Assembly: GCA_035292445.1 (NCBI GenBank)
Contig: DATDQB010000002.1
Location: forward strand, 14,714-78,713
Origin: Candidatus Omnitrophota bacterium
GTDB taxonomy: Bacteria; Omnitrophota; Gorgyraeia; Zapsychrales; Zapsychraceae
DNA length: 64,000 bases
Direction of reading: 5' to 3'
The stretch's first letter is position 1. Each line of letters starts with the position of its first letter. Both the position numbers and the translations under genes were made by a program. Below the pieces are notes generated by a model. It worked only from the letters and a program-made list of their open reading frames with translations, had not been told where the DNA came from and made no database searches. Shown one piece after another: positions 1-8,223 of this stretch.

Positions 1-64
1 CATTGATAATTCTTATATTAATAATCTTATTAATAAAACCTTCATCCCTAGCTAAAAGCCTTGA

Positions 65-106
65 TGACCCTTCGATGGCCCGCTTTAGGCGGGCCTCTCA
101 GGGTCA
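65..106 (+). repeat. intergenic hairpin repeat, module I (copy C)
   Basis: TGACCC-TTCGAT-GGCCCGC-tttag-GCGGGCC-TCTCA-GGGTCA; same 42-nt architecture, outer stem covaries (TGACAC/GTGTCA to TGACCC/GGGTCA). Confidence 0.65.
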
Positions 107-184
107 ATCCTGCACGTTCGCTGCGCTCAGTGTTCTTCGAACAGTCCTGAGCGAAGCGAAGGAAGCGAAGTCGAAGGATTGACT
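107..184 (+). repeat. intergenic repeat module III (GTTCG...TCGAAC...CCTGAGCGAAGCG...GTCGAAGG), copy 1
   Basis: long hairpin TTCGCTGCGCTCAG-tgttcttcgaacagtc-CTGAGCGAAGCGAA; tail similar to 10838-10920. Confidence 0.5.
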
Positions 185-213
185 ATTCAAACCATTTGTG
201 ATAGTTTACCTCA

Positions 214-903
214 ATGATTCGCAATAATTTGGCTCAAATCCGGGAGCAGATCTGCGATATTTGTCAAAGAGTCGGCCGTAACCCGGATGAGGTAACGCTG
301 GTCGGCGTTACCAAGTATGCCGATAGCGCTTTGGTGCAACAGGCGGTTGAGGCGGGTTTAAAACATATCGGTGAGAACAAGGTCCAGGATGCCAGATTGA
401 AATTTGCGCGCCTTCAAGAAGTTGGTCTTAAAGTGACCAAGCATATGATTGGGCATCTGCAGACCAACAAGGCCAAGGATGCCGTTGCCATATTTGACAT
501 GATCCAGTCGGTGGACAGCTTGAAGCTCGCCGCCGAGGTCCAAAGACAAGCGCAAAATGCCAATAAGACCATGGATGTTCTCATCCAGGTCAATACTTCG
601 GGTGAGCAGCAAAAGTTCGGCATCCGTCCCGATGAGGCGGCTGCGCTGATCCAACAGATGCAGGATATGACGTGTTTAAGGGTCAAGGGGCTCATGACGA
701 TCGCGCCGTTGACACAGGATCAGAACATGATCCGCCGTTCTTTCAGGGATCTAAAGATATTAAAGGATGCGATCGTTAAGCAATTGCCGCAAAGCGAACG
801 CGTTGACATGAGATATTTATCGATGGGCATGAGCGATGATTTCGCCATCGCCTTGGAAGAAGGCTCGAACATGATAAGGATTGGAAGAGCGATATTTAAG
901 TAG
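214..903 (+). CDS. yggS: PLP homeostasis protein, YggS/PROSC family (alanine racemase N-terminal fold)
   Basis: 229 aa ORF; N-terminal L..V...I..A......R.P..V.LVGVTKY and HIGENKVQDA match the YggS family pattern. Confidence 0.8.
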   Translation: MIRNNLAQIREQICDICQRVGRNPDEVTLVGVTKYADSALVQQAVEAGLKHIGENKVQDARLKFARLQEVGLKVTKHMIGHLQTNKAKDAVAIFDMIQSVDSLKLAAEVQRQAQNANKTMDVLIQVNTSGEQQKFGIRPDEAAALIQQMQDMTCLRVKGLMTIAPLTQDQNMIRRSFRDLKILKDAIVKQLPQSERVDMRYLSMGMSDDFAIALEEGSNMIRIGRAIFK

Positions 904-953
904 TAAGCAGTAAGCGGTAAGCAGTAAGTAGGGAACGGTCTCCCGACCGTTCC
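904..953 (+). repeat. (GTAAGCR)x4 microrepeat followed by perfect 9-bp hairpin
   Basis: TAAGCAG TAAGCGG TAAGCAG TAAGTAG then GGAACGGTC-tccc-GACCGTTCC, just upstream of the proC RBS. Confidence 0.6.
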
Positions 954-969
954 ATACAAGGAGCAAATT

Positions 970-1758
970 ATGAAAACAAGAATCGGCATCATCGGCGGCG
1001 GGAATATGGGTTCCGCCATCATCAGCGGCATCCGAAAGAAGTATGCACTCCGTGTTTGCGAAAAAGATGCGAAGCGCCGCGCGTTTCTAAAGGATAAATT
1101 CCGTTTGTCCGCACAGGACTTGAAAACGGTTGTTGAGAGCTCAAATGTTTTAATTCTCGCCGTCAAGCCGCAGGATTTTGACGCTATTCTTGGCGAAACC
1201 AAAAGATATATCAGCAAGCGGCATCTGGTCATTTCCATCGCCGCGGGCATTACCACCCGCTATATCGAAAAACGTTTGGGTAAAGGCGTTCGCGTGATGC
1301 GCACCATGCCGAATCTGCCTGCGCAGGTCGGTATGGGAATGACGGGAATTTGCAAAGGTAAAAATGCCACTCGCCAAGACGCGCAAGTAACAGAGAAATT
1401 ATTCCAACGTATCGGCTTCACCATTCATACGGATGAAAAATTCATGGACGCCGTGACAGCCGTTTCCGGAAGCGGGCCGGCGTATGTTTTTTATTTTGTC
1501 GAATCTTTTGTTAAAGCGGCGCAGCGTTTGGGATTTTCCCAAAAAGTGGCAACGGGTTTGATCATGCAAACGCTGCGCGGCAGTTTGAACCTTCTTGTGG
1601 CATCCAACGATGACGCGGCAACGCTACGCCAAAAAGTCACTTCCAAAAAAGGGACAACGGAAGCGGCGTTGAAAGTTTTTCAAAAGAAAGATTACCAAGT
1701 AATTTTTAGCGACGCTTTAAAAGCGGCGCGCAAGAGGGCCAAGGAGCTCTCGAAATAA
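970..1758 (+). CDS. proC: pyrroline-5-carboxylate reductase
   Basis: 262 aa; N-terminal Rossmann motif IGIIGGGNMGSAI; AAG GAG RBS upstream; family-typical length. Confidence 0.85.
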   Translation: MKTRIGIIGGGNMGSAIISGIRKKYALRVCEKDAKRRAFLKDKFRLSAQDLKTVVESSNVLILAVKPQDFDAILGETKRYISKRHLVISIAAGITTRYIEKRLGKGVRVMRTMPNLPAQVGMGMTGICKGKNATRQDAQVTEKLFQRIGFTIHTDEKFMDAVTAVSGSGPAYVFYFVESFVKAAQRLGFSQKVATGLIMQTLRGSLNLLVASNDDAATLRQKVTSKKGTTEAALKVFQKKDYQVIFSDALKAARKRAKELSK

Positions 1759-2621
1759 TGGCCAAGATAGGTATTATCGGCGGAAGCGGTTTATATCAGC
1801 TTGAAGGGCTTGAGAACGTTGAGGAGCTGGTCTTCATGGACACGCCCTTTGGTCCGCCGTCAGACCATTTTATGTCGGGCAAGCTCGAAGGCGTTGATGT
1901 TGTGTTCCTGTCCCGCCACGGCCGCGGGCATCGTCATTCCCCGAGCACGATCAATTATCGCGCCAATATTTATGAAATGAAACGTTTGGGGGTTGAGGCC
2001 ATATTTTCCGTTTCCGCCTGCGGCAGCCTCAAGGAGGATCTTAAGCCGATGGATTTTGTCGTGCCGGATCAATTTGTCGATCGAACGAACCATGCCCGCC
2101 AGTCCAGTTTTTTTACCGACGGCATCGTGGCGCACGTGGCTTTTGCCGAGCCGGTCTCACCGGAGCTGACGAAGATCTTGATCGAAAGCTGCAAAACGAT
2201 CGGCGTACCCGTGCATGAAAAAGGGACGTACGTGAACATGGAAGGCCCCCAATTCTCGACCAAGGCCGAATCGAATTTGTACCGCAGCTGGGGCATGGAC
2301 ATTATCGGCATGACGAACATGACGGAAGCCAAATTGGCGCGTGAGGCCGAGATCGCCTACGCGACACTGGCTGCCGTCACCGATTATGATTGCTGGTACG
2401 AAGGCCACGAGTCCGTAACGGTGGAGGTGATCATCGCGAATCTGATGAAAAATATCGACAACGCCAAGAAGGTCTTGAGAGTGGCTATCCCTAAAGCCGG
2501 GCGGTTGAGTTCATTCAGCGCGCAGGGCGCTCTCAAGCACGCCATTATGACCGACCCCAAATTGATCCCCGAGCAAACCAAAAGTAATTTAAGGCCCATC
2601 ATCGGAAAATATATACGTTAA
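1758..2621 (+). CDS. mtnP: S-methyl-5'-thioadenosine phosphorylase / purine nucleoside phosphorylase family
   Basis: 287 aa; N-terminal KIGIIGGSGLY glycine loop typical of MTAP; start overlaps proC stop (ATGA). Confidence 0.75.
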   Translation: MAKIGIIGGSGLYQLEGLENVEELVFMDTPFGPPSDHFMSGKLEGVDVVFLSRHGRGHRHSPSTINYRANIYEMKRLGVEAIFSVSACGSLKEDLKPMDFVVPDQFVDRTNHARQSSFFTDGIVAHVAFAEPVSPELTKILIESCKTIGVPVHEKGTYVNMEGPQFSTKAESNLYRSWGMDIIGMTNMTEAKLAREAEIAYATLAAVTDYDCWYEGHESVTVEVIIANLMKNIDNAKKVLRVAIPKAGRLSSFSAQGALKHAIMTDPKLIPEQTKSNLRPIIGKYIR

Positions 2622-2623
2622 AG

Positions 2624-5446
2624 ATGAAAGACGAAGCCTCCCAACAAGTCGATTTTCGAAAGACGCTTAATTTGCCGCAGACCGAGTTTGCGATGAAGGC
2701 GGGGCTCGCCCAGAAAGAGCCGCTCTATCTGGCGAAATGGGAAAAAGAAGGCCTTTACCAGAGGATCTGCCAGCAGCTTGCGGGCAAACCGAAATTCATT
2801 CTCCACGATGGGCCGCCGTACGCCAACGGCAACATCCACATCGGCCACGCCCTCAATAAAACGCTTAAGGACCTGATCGTCAAATCCAAAGCCATGCAGG
2901 GCTTTGACAGCCATTACCTTCCCGGCTGGGATTGCCACGGGCTTCCGATCGAGCACGCATTGTTGAAAGAAATGAAAAAAAGAAAAAGTGACGTTGATTG
3001 CGTGGACTTTCGCAAAAAAGCGCATGACTACGCGATGAAATACGTGGGTATCCAGCGCGATGAGTTCAAACGGCTGGGTATTTTCGGCGAATGGGAAAAA
3101 CCGTATCTGACGCTTAATACTGAATACGAATATTGGATCCTGAAATCATTATCGGAATTGTTCAAGAAAGGCTATGTGTATCGCGGGCTCAAGCCCGTCA
3201 ACTGGTGTTTCAGCTGCGAGACGGCTCTCGCCGAAGCGGAGGTCGAGTACGAAGACCATACGTCCCAATCGATGTACGTGAAATTTAAGGTCGAAAATAA
3301 AGAAACCAAACCTTTATATTTGTTGATCTGGACGACAACGCCCTGGACGCTTATGGCGAACGTTGCGGTCGCCGTTCATCCTAATTTTAAATATGTTGTT
3401 GTGGATACCGGCAAAGAAGTCCTCATTATGGAAAAATCTTTGAGCGCTGCTGTCTTGGCCAAAGTCGGCGTTCAATCATCGAAAATCCTCAGAGAAGTTG
3501 AAGGCGGCCAGCTGACAACGCTTACTTACGAACACCCTTTTGGCCTAAGAAAGAATTGCCGTGTTGTGACGGCCGATTATGTCACCAAAGAAGACGGCAC
3601 AGGCTTGGTCCATACCGCGCCTGGCCACGGGCAGGAAGATTTCGAAACGGGATTGAAATATAAACTTGATGTCGTGATGCCGGTCAATGACAAAGGCGTT
3701 TATACGAGCGAAGCGGGCCCTTACGCCGGCGAACATGTGTTCAAGGCCAATGATAAAATTATCGAGGAACTCAAACAAAAGGGGGCACTTTTCCATAAAG
3801 AACCTCTCCAACACACTTACCCGCATTGCTGGAGATGCAAGAACCCGATCATTTTTCGCGCGACACGGCAGTGGTTCATGAAGATCGACCACGACGGGTT
3901 AAGGCAGAAACTCCTTAAGGCCATTCAAAAGGACGTAAAGTGGGTGCCACCGGCGGGTGAGGAGCGGATCACCGCGATGGTGGCGACACGTCCCGATTGG
4001 TGTTTGTCCCGTCAGCGGTTTTGGGGCGTGCCGATTCCGGCCATTAGATCAAAAAAAGAAGGCAGTGAACCCCAGTTGTACCCTGAGGTCATCGATCATT
4101 TTGCCGAGATCGTCCGCAGGGAAGGGACAAATGCCTGGTTCGAGAAAGATATCAAGCAATTGCTTCCCAAAGGTTTCAAAGATCCCAAGACCGGTGAGGC
4201 CGAATTTGAGAAGACATTTGATATTTTGGATGTGTGGTTCGATTCCGGCGTCAGCCACCAGGCGGTCGTTAAAGGAATTTTAAAAGAAAAACTGCCCATC
4301 GACCTTTACCTGGAAGGAAGCGACCAGCACCGCGGCTGGTTCCAGTCTTCCTTAATACCGGCGGTGGCGATCGAAGGCAAGCCGCCTTTCAAAGAAGTGT
4401 TGACGCATGGCTTTGTCGTTGACGGGGCGGGCCGCAAGATGTCGAAGTCGTTAGGGAACGTCGTTTCTCCGCAGGATGTGATCAAAGAAAGCGGGGCCGA
4501 TATCCTGCGTCTTTGGGTAACAGCCAGTTCTTATAATGAAGACATCCGCATTTCCAAAGAAGTGTTGGAGCGCCTCGTTGATGCTTATCGTAAGATTCGA
4601 AACACAATCCGCTACCTATTAAGCAACCTCTATGACTTCGATCCCGACAAAGAAATGCTTGATTACAAGGACCTTAAGCCGCTGGATAAGTGGGCGCTGC
4701 ACCAACTGGCCAAAGTCATGGAAGAAAGCTATAAGAATTTTAATGAATATGAGTTTGCCAAGATCTACAAGAGCGTTTATACTTTCTGTAATGAGGAGCT
4801 GTCGAACTTTTATCTTGACATTTTAAAGGACAGGCTTTATATTTCTGCTGCCCAATCACGGGAAAGAAAGTCCGCGCAAAACGCTCTTTACCACATTTTG
4901 AATTACAGCGTTCGTTTGCTGGCGCCGGTCCTCGTTTTCACATGCGAAGAGATCTTTGAGCACATGCCCAAGGATAAAGAGCTTAAGAAATACGGTAGCG
5001 TGCATTTGTTACAGTGGCTTAAGGTCCCCGGGGTTTGGAAAGACGAAGAGATCAGTAAACGTTTTGAATTGCTGCTGCGCTTGAGGCCGCATGTGATGAA
5101 AGCATTGGAAGACAAACGCCGCGAAGGCACCATCGGCAGCTCATTGGAAGCCAAGGTCATCTTTAAAACGGCCAGTGAACGCGATTATACGTATTTGACG
5201 AGCTTCGGCGAGGAATTGGCCGACATGTTCGTCGTATCGCAAGCCCATATTGAGAAGGCGAAGGATATCGCGGGGGGCATTGATAACGAGTTCTTGAAGA
5301 CCCAGATTTCGGTCGTTAAGGCGGACGGCAAAAAATGCGCCCGTTCATGGAAATACAGCTTGGATGTTGGCAGTGATCCACAGTTCCCGGCACTGTCGTT
5401 AAAATCAGCAAAGATAGTAAAGGAGATGTTGCATGCCAGTTCATAA
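2624..5446 (+). CDS. ileS: isoleucyl-tRNA synthetase
   Basis: 940 aa; class I HIGH motif (PYANGNIHIGHALN) and KMSKS (KMSKSLGN); length and CP1 editing region typical of IleRS. Confidence 0.95.
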   Translation: MKDEASQQVDFRKTLNLPQTEFAMKAGLAQKEPLYLAKWEKEGLYQRICQQLAGKPKFILHDGPPYANGNIHIGHALNKTLKDLIVKSKAMQGFDSHYLPGWDCHGLPIEHALLKEMKKRKSDVDCVDFRKKAHDYAMKYVGIQRDEFKRLGIFGEWEKPYLTLNTEYEYWILKSLSELFKKGYVYRGLKPVNWCFSCETALAEAEVEYEDHTSQSMYVKFKVENKETKPLYLLIWTTTPWTLMANVAVAVHPNFKYVVVDTGKEVLIMEKSLSAAVLAKVGVQSSKILREVEGGQLTTLTYEHPFGLRKNCRVVTADYVTKEDGTGLVHTAPGHGQEDFETGLKYKLDVVMPVNDKGVYTSEAGPYAGEHVFKANDKIIEELKQKGALFHKEPLQHTYPHCWRCKNPIIFRATRQWFMKIDHDGLRQKLLKAIQKDVKWVPPAGEERITAMVATRPDWCLSRQRFWGVPIPAIRSKKEGSEPQLYPEVIDHFAEIVRREGTNAWFEKDIKQLLPKGFKDPKTGEAEFEKTFDILDVWFDSGVSHQAVVKGILKEKLPIDLYLEGSDQHRGWFQSSLIPAVAIEGKPPFKEVLTHGFVVDGAGRKMSKSLGNVVSPQDVIKESGADILRLWVTASSYNEDIRISKEVLERLVDAYRKIRNTIRYLLSNLYDFDPDKEMLDYKDLKPLDKWALHQLAKVMEESYKNFNEYEFAKIYKSVYTFCNEELSNFYLDILKDRLYISAAQSRERKSAQNALYHILNYSVRLLAPVLVFTCEEIFEHMPKDKELKKYGSVHLLQWLKVPGVWKDEEISKRFELLLRLRPHVMKALEDKRREGTIGSSLEAKVIFKTASERDYTYLTSFGEELADMFVVSQAHIEKAKDIAGGIDNEFLKTQISVVKADGKKCARSWKYSLDVGSDPQFPALSLKSAKIVKEMLHASS

Positions 5447-5873
5447 ATCAGCTAAATTAGCCAAATTAATCAAATCAGCCAAACCGGCAAAGAAGTTGGA
5501 TAAAAAAAAGTTAGAGCAGTATAAGAAGCTTCTCCTTCAGTTGCGGGAAGACATCCTCAAAGACATCAAGAACATGTCCAGCGAAACCAATTCCGGGGAC
5601 AATGATTCCAAAGATGTTTCCGGCCATGTCATGCACATGGCGGATGTCGCCACCGACATGTACGACAAAGAATTCAATCTGGGCCTGGCCTCAAAAGAGC
5701 GTGAAATATTGCAGAAGATCGAAGATGCTTTAAGGCGCGTTGAGGACGGCTCTTACGGATTTTGCCTGGCTACGGGCAAGCCCATCTCCAAAGCCCGCCT
5801 CAAAGCCATACCCTACGCCGAATATTGCTTGGAGTACCAGGAACAGCTCGAGAAAAAGGGCAAATATAGGTAG
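5433..5873 (+). CDS. DksA/TraR-family regulator, degenerate zinc finger (2 of 4 Cys)
   Basis: 146 aa; C-terminal region aligns to DksA pattern D..D.....EF.L.L..RE...L.KIE.AL.RVEDGSYG.C...G..I...RL.A.P.A..C; sits at the conserved ileS-lspA junction where DksA-like genes are often found. Confidence 0.65.
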   Translation: MPVHKSAKLAKLIKSAKPAKKLDKKKLEQYKKLLLQLREDILKDIKNMSSETNSGDNDSKDVSGHVMHMADVATDMYDKEFNLGLASKEREILQKIEDALRRVEDGSYGFCLATGKPISKARLKAIPYAEYCLEYQEQLEKKGKYR

Positions 5874-5896
5874 CTTTTTCCGAAACGGATGCACCC

Positions 5897-6379
5897 ATGA
5901 GAGATCAATTGAGATCTCAAAGTGATATTTTCCTTTCCCTGGTCATTACTTTTACAACCGTCCTTGTCGATCGTGCCACCAAAATATTTTTCTCCGGCAT
6001 TTTAGATCACGGCGAATCCATTCCAATCATCCAAAATGTTTTTCATTTAACCCTCGTTCACAATACGGGCATCGCCTTCGGGCTCTTTAAAGACTACGGC
6101 ATTGTTTTTATCGTCATTCCCGTCATTGCCATTTTCCTTCTTATTTTCAACATCTATTATTACCGCCATAATAATGAATTTTTAGACCGCATCTACATTG
6201 TCGCGTTTTCCCTTATTTTAGGCGGGGCGATCGGGAATCTGATCGACCGCATCCGCTTCGGCTATGTCGTCGACTTTCTGGATTTTCGTATCTGGCCGGT
6301 GTTCAACGTCGCCGACAGCGCCATCACCATCGGTGCCGTCATCATCGCCGTTAAATGTTTTCAGCTGTCCCACAAGTAA
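5897..6379 (+). CDS. lspA: lipoprotein signal peptidase (signal peptidase II)
   Basis: 160 aa, four hydrophobic segments, conserved FNVAD/NxxD motifs (VFNVADSAITIG). Confidence 0.85.
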   Translation: MRDQLRSQSDIFLSLVITFTTVLVDRATKIFFSGILDHGESIPIIQNVFHLTLVHNTGIAFGLFKDYGIVFIVIPVIAIFLLIFNIYYYRHNNEFLDRIYIVAFSLILGGAIGNLIDRIRFGYVVDFLDFRIWPVFNVADSAITIGAVIIAVKCFQLSHK

Positions 6380-6388
6380 CTTTTCCCT

Positions 6389-7294
6389 ATGAGCCAAAAC
6401 GAACTCGTTGTTGACCAGGAACACCACGGCATGCGCTTGGATGTTTTTTTGACGAAAATGTTGGATAACGTGCCTTCGCGCACCTTTGTCAAAAGACTGA
6501 TCGATGAGGGGTTTGTCCTGGTTGATGACAAGGAAGTCAAGGCGCACCAGAAAATCTTGAATGGCCAGAAAGTTTATGTCGATTTTCCGGAAGATTTCTT
6601 GAAACCCATCGATGCCGAGCCGGAAAATATCCCTTTGGACATATGTTATGAAGACGAGCAGCTGCTGATCATCAACAAGCCTGTCGGCATGCTTGTTCAC
6701 CCAGCGCCTTCCATTGCCCATGGCACGCTGGTCAATGCGCTGTTGTATCATTGTCAAAATCTTTCCGATGTGAATTCAAAGTTCCGCCCCGGCATTGTCC
6801 ATCGGCTGGACCAGGATACCTCGGGATTGATGGTCGTTGCGAAAGATAATAAGACCCACGAACTTTTGGCCAGGCAATTTGCCGAACATACGATCAAGAA
6901 ACGCTATGTGGCCCTGGTGGAGGGTTCCATTGAATTCGAGGAAGGGTTGATCGATGAGCCCATCGGGCGTAACCCGGTCCATCGCGAGAAAAAGAAAGTC
7001 GACTATTCGGATTTCGGCAAAGATTCCGTGACCTTTTATAAAGTAATCAAACGCGTCCCGAAAGTCACGTATGTGGCGTTACTTCCCAAGACGGGACGAA
7101 CCCATCAGTTGCGCGTCCATCTGGCCCACATCGGCCATCCGATCCTCGGAGATGAAAAATACGGGCGTAAGGCGACCTTTTCGCGTTTGGCCTTGCACGC
7201 CCAGTCACTCGGCTTTATCCATCCTCACAGCGGCCTTTATGTCGAATTTTCCTCCATCGCGCCGCGGGAATTTTTAGACAAGGTTTCTTTGTAA
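6389..7294 (+). CDS. rluD: RluA-family 23S rRNA pseudouridine synthase (RluD-like)
   Basis: 301 aa; N-terminal S4 domain, catalytic HRLDQDTSGLMVVAK motif. Confidence 0.85.
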   Translation: MSQNELVVDQEHHGMRLDVFLTKMLDNVPSRTFVKRLIDEGFVLVDDKEVKAHQKILNGQKVYVDFPEDFLKPIDAEPENIPLDICYEDEQLLIINKPVGMLVHPAPSIAHGTLVNALLYHCQNLSDVNSKFRPGIVHRLDQDTSGLMVVAKDNKTHELLARQFAEHTIKKRYVALVEGSIEFEEGLIDEPIGRNPVHREKKKVDYSDFGKDSVTFYKVIKRVPKVTYVALLPKTGRTHQLRVHLAHIGHPILGDEKYGRKATFSRLALHAQSLGFIHPHSGLYVEFSSIAPREFLDKVSL

Positions 7295-7302
7295 ATAACC
7301 CC

Positions 7303-7330
7303 TTTACATAGAAATACTTTTATTTATAAT
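7303..7330 (+). promoter_or_regulatory. sigma70-like promoter TTTACA-N16-TATAAT
   Basis: AT-rich gap between rluD and the coiled-coil gene. Confidence 0.45.
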
Positions 7331-7368
7331 ACTAAAAGATTACTTAGAAAACAGGCACCGTCTCTCTT

Positions 7369-8223
7369 ATGAACAATTCTGGTAAAGTCATAACCATATT
7401 CGTTGTCATCATCGCGATCCTGTTGATTTCCCTGACGGCCATCTCGCTTTTTTTCTTTAAGCAGGAACGGGAAAGGCGGCAATCGATGGAAGACGCGCTG
7501 GGCGAAAACCGCGCGCAGGTCGCCTCATTGCAAACGCAGTTGGATGAGGCCAAGAAGCAGAAATTTTTGTTTGAGGAAAAAAGCAAGGAAATGGACGAGC
7601 GGATCAACAGTTTGTTGGATGATCTGGAGCTGGAGCAGGGCTTGAAAGAAGAGATGAAGAAAGAACAGACGGCCCTTAATGAGAAGTTGGATAAAGAGAT
7701 CAAGGCGAAAGAAAAACTGAAAGAGGATCTGAACAAACAGATCGCTGATGCGACCGTGAAGATCAAGGAACTGGAGGATAAGCTGCGCTCGGAGGTCGAA
7801 ACGGCCAGTCAGCTGAAAGAGCGCAACCGCTTGCTGGAAAAAGAAAATATGCAGCTGTCCGAAGGCATGGGGATAACCAATTATGTGCCGGCGGCTGCTT
7901 TGACGGATAATGAAGCCAACAAAGAAATGAGCTTGGATGAGATTGTCGTTAAGACCGACGCGGAAAACCAGGCCGTTTCCGTTCCCACGAAAGTCCCCGA
8001 AGGGCGGATCATCAGCGTTGACGATGAGACCGAGTTCGTCATCGTCGATCTTGGTAAAAAACACGGCGTGACGCTGGGGCGCATCATGAGCATCTATCGG
8101 GGCGATAAATACCTGGGTGATATCAAGATCACCCGCGTCCAGCCGGAGATGTCCGCGGCGGATCTGATCTTGCCATTGACCGGAAAATTGGTCCGGAAGA
8201 ACGATCAAGTCATCGCTAAATGA
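7369..8223 (+). CDS. hypothetical membrane-anchored coiled-coil protein with C-terminal beta-rich domain
   Basis: 284 aa; N-terminal TM helix (VITIFVVIIAILLISLTAISLFFF), long E/K/L-rich heptad region, C-terminal ~90 aa globular segment; preceded by TTTACA-N16-TATAAT. Confidence 0.5.
   Translation: MNNSGKVITIFVVIIAILLISLTAISLFFFKQERERRQSMEDALGENRAQVASLQTQLDEAKKQKFLFEEKSKEMDERINSLLDDLELEQGLKEEMKKEQTALNEKLDKEIKAKEKLKEDLNKQIADATVKIKELEDKLRSEVETASQLKERNRLLEKENMQLSEGMGITNYVPAAALTDNEANKEMSLDEIVVKTDAENQAVSVPTKVPEGRIISVDDETEFVIVDLGKKHGVTLGRIMSIYRGDKYLGDIKITRVQPEMSAADLILPLTGKLVRKNDQVIAK

Noticed and set aside
6218-6757. 179-aa minus-strand ORF overlapping lspA/rluD
   Set aside because: It is antisense to two well-supported genes and shows no conserved motifs.
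7525-8208. 227-aa minus-strand ORF
   Set aside because: It is antisense to the coiled-coil gene. Its low-complexity Leu/Phe/Gln-rich product is the shadow of the E/K-rich codons.
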